Of a DNA stretch of 64,000 bases, positions 59,568 to 64,000 are shown one piece after another. The stretch lies in the NCBI GenBank assembly GCA_963762565.1, contig CAVXLD010000007.1:224001-288000 (forward strand), written 5' to 3'. The notes beneath the pieces were generated by a model that searched no databases, was not told the origin of the DNA, and worked only from the letters and a program-made list of their open reading frames with translations. The stretch is from an uncultured Verrucomicrobiae bacterium. GTDB taxonomy: Bacteria > Verrucomicrobiota > Verrucomicrobiia > Chthoniobacterales > JAFAMB01. The position numbers and the translations under genes are program-made. Position 1 is the first letter of the stretch. The number at the start of each line of letters is the position of its first letter.

Positions 59568-60731
59568 ATGACACCGCTACCATGTCTTGTTAGGGTGCTG
59601 GCTCTTTCGCCAGCGCTTCTTGTCCTGGTTATATTTTCTGCTTGCGAGAAACAGGTCGCAACACTTCCCGCCGCTCCGCCAGAGGTTTTGGTGACCGAGG
59701 TCGTGCAGAAGGAAGTCCCCGTTTTTCGCCAGTGGGTTGGCACGGTGAACGGAGTTGAGAATGCGGAAGTCAGGGCGCGGACAGAGGGATATCTTACGAC
59801 TATTTCTTACCAGCAGGGTGGGTATGTAAAAAAGGGCGATGTGCTGTTTCAGATCGATTCCAGACCTTTCATAGCGGCTTTAGATCAAGCAAAGGGCCAG
59901 CTGGATGAGGCTAAAGCAACTATGCTTGGAGTTGAGCTGGACGCGAAGCGAGCAAAGGAATTGTTCGATACCAAGGTAATTTCTGAGCAGGAGTACACGA
60001 ACAAAACTCAGCTTTACCAAACCAAGTTAGCCGCCGTGACGGCGGCTCAGGCGGCGGTGGAGCAAGCCCAGCTGAACCTGGATTATACAAACATTGTTTC
60101 GCCGCTGGACGGCATCGCGGGACAGCAGGAAGCGCAGGTTGGGGATCTGGTTGGTACCGGGTCCAATGCGGTTTTGACGACGGTATCCCAGATCGATCCG
60201 ATTTGGTTTTATTTGCAGATTAGCGAACAAACTTACTGGGAGTATGCCGACCGTCTCAAAGAGTTAATGGCGGTGCCGGAAGCCAAACGTAAGGAGAACG
60301 TAGAACTCATCCTGGCCGATGGCAGCGTTTACGCGCATAAAGGCAAGTTCGCTTTCATCAATCGTCAAGTCGATCCGAAGACTGGGACTATTCAGGTTGC
60401 GGTTAGCTTCCCTAATCCTGAACTTACGTTGCGACCCGGCCAATATGGGATCGCGCGTGCCGAGATCGAGACGATTCCCAACGCACTATTGATTCCGCAG
60501 CAGGCCGTATCACAGCTGCAAGGCAACAACCAGGTAGCGGTCGTGAACCCGGATGGCAAAGCGGAGATCCGCGCGGTAAAAGTTGGCGCGACGTATCAAC
60601 ACATGATCGAGGTGACGGAGGGGCTCAAGGTGGGTGAGACGGTGATTGTCGAGGGGTTTCAGAGAGTCCGGCAAGGGGTGCCGGTTTCGGCAAAACCTTA
60701 CCCGGAGAGCACCGAAGACCGGGGAAACTAA
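59568..60731 (+). CDS. RND efflux periplasmic adaptor (lipoprotein)
   Basis: FSAC lipobox, EVRARTEG, VKKGDVLFQID, VDPKTGT, LRPG. Confidence 0.92.
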   Translation: MTPLPCLVRVLALSPALLVLVIFSACEKQVATLPAAPPEVLVTEVVQKEVPVFRQWVGTVNGVENAEVRARTEGYLTTISYQQGGYVKKGDVLFQIDSRPFIAALDQAKGQLDEAKATMLGVELDAKRAKELFDTKVISEQEYTNKTQLYQTKLAAVTAAQAAVEQAQLNLDYTNIVSPLDGIAGQQEAQVGDLVGTGSNAVLTTVSQIDPIWFYLQISEQTYWEYADRLKELMAVPEAKRKENVELILADGSVYAHKGKFAFINRQVDPKTGTIQVAVSFPNPELTLRPGQYGIARAEIETIPNALLIPQQAVSQLQGNNQVAVVNPDGKAEIRAVKVGATYQHMIEVTEGLKVGETVIVEGFQRVRQGVPVSAKPYPESTEDRGN

Positions 60732-60786
60732 GGGCGTTTCGGAGAATTCTTCCTCCGGCCAGTCCTAGCGACAGCGGAGATCCTCA

Positions 60787-63700
60787 ATGTCCAGATTCTT
60801 CATAAATCGCCCGATCGTTGCCATGGTGATTTCCATCGTCATGGTGATCGTCGGCATTGTTTCATTCCTCAGTCTGCCGGTCGCGCAATATCCCAACCTT
60901 GTTGACCCTCAGGTGACGGTGAACACGAGTTACGTGGGCGCGGATGCCTTGACCGTGGAGCAGACGGTCGCAACGCCAATCGAGCAGCAGATGAGTGGTG
61001 TGGATCACATGAACTACATGTATTCCCTGAATGCGAGCAGCGGTGGCACGATGGCATTAACGGTGGATTTCAATGTGGCCACCGATCCGAACATCGACTT
61101 GGTGCTGGCCCAAATGCGGGAGTCGCAGGCCTCGTCACAGCTGCCTTCCAGTGTCCGCGATTTTGGCGTTACGGTGGCAAAATCGACTTCAGCGCCGCTG
61201 ATGGTCGTTTCCTTATATTCGCCCACGGGCCAGTTCGATTCGAAGTTCTTGGCGAACTACGGCATTATTAATTTGAAGGACGCGATTCTCCGGGTGCCTG
61301 GCATCGCGAGCGTAAGCGTCTTCGGGGCAGGCGAATATGCGCTCCGGATCTGGGTAGATCCCAACAAGCTGGCTGCGCTCAACATCACGACTCTGGAAGT
61401 TGAACAGGCAATTCGTGCTCAGAATACTGTGAATCCGGCCGGCCAGATCGGAGGCGAGCCAATGCCGGACGGGCAAGTGTTTACCTATACCGTTCTCGCA
61501 CAAGGACGTTTAATCACGGAGGAGCAGTTCGCTAACATCGTAATCCGGGCAGATTCAAATGGTGCATTTGTACGAGTCAAGGATATCGGGCGCGTTGAAT
61601 TAGGGTCTCAGACATATACCCAAACCTGCAGTTTCAACGGCAAACCGGCTGCGGCTCTCGCACTTTACCAGTTGCCCGGCTCCAACGCGGTAAACGCCGC
61701 GAAGGGTGTCAGGGAATTGATGGGGCAGCTTAAACAGCGGTTCCCTTCCGGGCTCGACTATACAATCGCCCTAGACACAACCCTAGCTGTGACGGCAGGG
61801 ATGCAGGAGATTTACAAGACCTTGGTGGAGGCCATGATTTTGGTCATCATTGTGGTCTTCATTTTCCTTCAAGGTTGGCGCGCCACGTTAATTCCGTTGT
61901 GTGCCGTGCCGGTTGCACTGGTCAGCACGTTCGCATTGTTTCCTCTCCTTGGGTTCTCGGTCAACACGCTATCACTCCTGGGACTGGTCTTGGCCATTGG
62001 TCTGGTGGTCGATGATGCTATCGTTGTAGTCGAAGCGGTCGAAAATCACATTGAACGCGGCCTATCGCCGAAAGATGCGGCGCTTAAGGCGATGGAAGAG
62101 GTTGCTTCACCCGTGGCCGCCATCGCAATTATTCTTGCGGCTGTCTTTCTCCCCACCGCATTTATTCCCGGCATCACTGGCCGGCTCTACCAGCAGTTCG
62201 CGGTTACCATCGCAGTTTCGGTGATCTTCTCAGCATTCAACGCCCTGACATTGAGCCCGGCGCTTGCGGCGCTCCTGCTGCGGCCCAAAAAAGAATCTCG
62301 CCGAGGGCCGTTGGGATTTTTCTTCAGTGGATTTAACAAAGTTTTCGGGTCCGCGACCAAAGGTTATGTAGGCATATGCCGGCTTTTGATGCGACGCGGT
62401 CTTTTCTGCATGTTGCTCCTTATTCCGATCCTGCTTGCGACGGGTTGGCTTGGTAAAAAACTCCCCTCGTCCTTTGTCCCATCCGAGGATCAGGGATATT
62501 TCTATGCCAATTTGCAGTTGCCTGAAGCCGCGTCGCTGCAAAGAACCTCGGCCGCTTGCAAAAAGGTCGAGGAGATCCTCCGGAACACGCCTGGAGTGGA
62601 GTACGTTACGACCATTGCCGGCTTCAGCCTGCTGAGCCAAGTCAACACCACCTATAACGGCTTTTTCTTTGTGAGCCTGAAGTCGTGGGACGAGCGCACT
62701 TCGCCTCAGGAACAAGTAAACGCAATTATGATGCATGCGAATCAAGCGCTCTCGAAGATTCCCGACGGGATTGCATTCTCTTTCCCGCCGCCAGCGATCC
62801 CGGGGATTGGAACGTCGGGCGGTGTGGTCGCAGTGCTGGAAGATGTCGCCGGGATGCCGGTGGATTTCCTTGCTCAGAATACACAGAAATTCGTCGAAGC
62901 GGTCCGGCAGCGCCCGGAAATTGCTCGTATCCTAACAACCTGGTTGCCAAGCGTTCCGCAGCTTTATCTTTATGTTGATCAAGACAAAGTCCTGAAGCAA
63001 GGAGTCCAAATATCCGACGTGTATAAGACCGCCCAAGTCTTTATGGGCGGTAGCTTTGTCAATTATTTCACTCTATTTGGACGGACCTGGCAGACATATG
63101 TCCAAGCGGATGGGCAATTTCGAATGAACCCAGAAGATATTGGCCAGTTTTACGTGCGTAACAATATTGGAAATCCGGTCCCTCTTTCTTCGATGGTACG
63201 GGTGGAGCGGCACACCGGACCAGAGTTCACGATGCGTTACAATCTTCATCGATGCGCCCAGTTGAACGTGAGTGGGAAGGAGGGCGTCAGCAACTACCAA
63301 GTTATGGCGGTGCTCCAAGATGTATTTGCGAAGACGATGCCGAGAGAGATGGGATTGGACTATAAGGACATGTCGTTCCAAGAACAGCAAGCCCAGAAAG
63401 GTGTGCCGCCCGCCGTGATCTTCGGGATCTCGCTACTGTTCGTCTTCCTGATTCTCGCGGCCCTATACGAAAGCTGGACGTTGCCGTTTAGCGTGCTTCT
63501 TAGTACGCCAATAGCCGTGTTCGGTGCCTTCTTGGCACTATATGCCAGAGCCTTCGAAAACGACGTCTATTTTCAGATCGGTTTAGTCATGCTCATCGGT
63601 CTGGCGGCAAAGAACGCGATCTTGATTGTCGAATTTGCCAGAGCCGAATACGAAAAAGGCCAGACAATTGTGGATTCGGCGTTGGCTGCCGCCCGTTTGC

Positions 63701-63960
63701 GGCTTCGGCCGATCCTGATGACTGCGTTTGCGTTCATCCTCGGGTGCGTGCCCCTGTGGGCGGCTGCCGGATCGGGCGCCGTGTCGAGGCAAATTCTTGG
63801 AACGACGGTCATCGGCGGTATGCTGGCAGCGACATTTATCGCGATTTTTCTCATTCCGGTCTTGTTTTACGTGGTGGAGAGATTGTCTCCTGGAAAGAGT
63901 AAGACCGAGCCCGAAGTTCCAGTGGTCGAGCAACCGGCGAGCGCGGGCAAGGACGGGTAA
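60787..63960 (+). CDS. RND efflux permease (HAE1 family)
   Basis: FFINRPI, LAIGLVVDDAIVVVE, LAAKNAILIVEF, RLRPILMT. Confidence 0.95.
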   Translation: MSRFFINRPIVAMVISIVMVIVGIVSFLSLPVAQYPNLVDPQVTVNTSYVGADALTVEQTVATPIEQQMSGVDHMNYMYSLNASSGGTMALTVDFNVATDPNIDLVLAQMRESQASSQLPSSVRDFGVTVAKSTSAPLMVVSLYSPTGQFDSKFLANYGIINLKDAILRVPGIASVSVFGAGEYALRIWVDPNKLAALNITTLEVEQAIRAQNTVNPAGQIGGEPMPDGQVFTYTVLAQGRLITEEQFANIVIRADSNGAFVRVKDIGRVELGSQTYTQTCSFNGKPAAALALYQLPGSNAVNAAKGVRELMGQLKQRFPSGLDYTIALDTTLAVTAGMQEIYKTLVEAMILVIIVVFIFLQGWRATLIPLCAVPVALVSTFALFPLLGFSVNTLSLLGLVLAIGLVVDDAIVVVEAVENHIERGLSPKDAALKAMEEVASPVAAIAIILAAVFLPTAFIPGITGRLYQQFAVTIAVSVIFSAFNALTLSPALAALLLRPKKESRRGPLGFFFSGFNKVFGSATKGYVGICRLLMRRGLFCMLLLIPILLATGWLGKKLPSSFVPSEDQGYFYANLQLPEAASLQRTSAACKKVEEILRNTPGVEYVTTIAGFSLLSQVNTTYNGFFFVSLKSWDERTSPQEQVNAIMMHANQALSKIPDGIAFSFPPPAIPGIGTSGGVVAVLEDVAGMPVDFLAQNTQKFVEAVRQRPEIARILTTWLPSVPQLYLYVDQDKVLKQGVQISDVYKTAQVFMGGSFVNYFTLFGRTWQTYVQADGQFRMNPEDIGQFYVRNNIGNPVPLSSMVRVERHTGPEFTMRYNLHRCAQLNVSGKEGVSNYQVMAVLQDVFAKTMPREMGLDYKDMSFQEQQAQKGVPPAVIFGISLLFVFLILAALYESWTLPFSVLLSTPIAVFGAFLALYARAFENDVYFQIGLVMLIGLAAKNAILIVEFARAEYEKGQTIVDSALAAARLRLRPILMTAFAFILGCVPLWAAAGSGAVSRQILGTTVIGGMLAATFIAIFLIPVLFYVVERLSPGKSKTEPEVPVVEQPASAGKDG

Positions 63961-64000
63961 GCTTGAACCGAACCGGTAGGACGAGCTCCCGACTACGCAA

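Noticed and set aside
1..64000. tRNA, rRNA, integrase, transposase or RAYT genes
   Set aside because: None recognised by eye; tRNAscan-SE and HMM searches were not run

Overview
A GC-rich bacterial chromosome segment. Gene content (DUF5069, kinase and autotransporter style, T2SS-like cluster) suggests a soil Verrucomicrobiota (Chthoniobacterales-like) genome; this is inference, not a database result. Coding content in order: cytosine-deaminase-like amidohydrolase (cut by the window start), Nudix hydrolase, twin aspartyl protease-PDZ, a histidine utilisation cluster (hutH-hutU-hutI-hutF plus an ArgE-like M20 hydrolase where hutG is expected), a type II secretion-like cluster (G,H,I,J,K,L,M,C-like,D; no E/F), amidohydrolase, MFS and FAD/Fe-S oxidoreductase, HExxH protein and autotransporter, Ser/Thr kinase, CoA transferase and enoyl-CoA hydratase, a membrane-anchored nSTAND1-WD40 protein, a small conflict island (abrB/thpR deletion junction, RelE-like and XRE genes, frameshifted AEP primase-helicase-DUF559), SDR, AKR, pdxA, LytS/LytTR and an RND pump. 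The most striking signal is a dense set of at least 7 REP-like palindromic element families plus 7-8-nt simple repeats. They form doublets with fixed geometry but variable spacers, nest inside each other's hairpin loops, show arm-to-arm homogenisation, and sit in frame inside several proteins, notably the cleavable leaders of pseudopilins and a putative signal peptide. No rRNA, tRNA, CRISPR-Cas or transposase was recognised.
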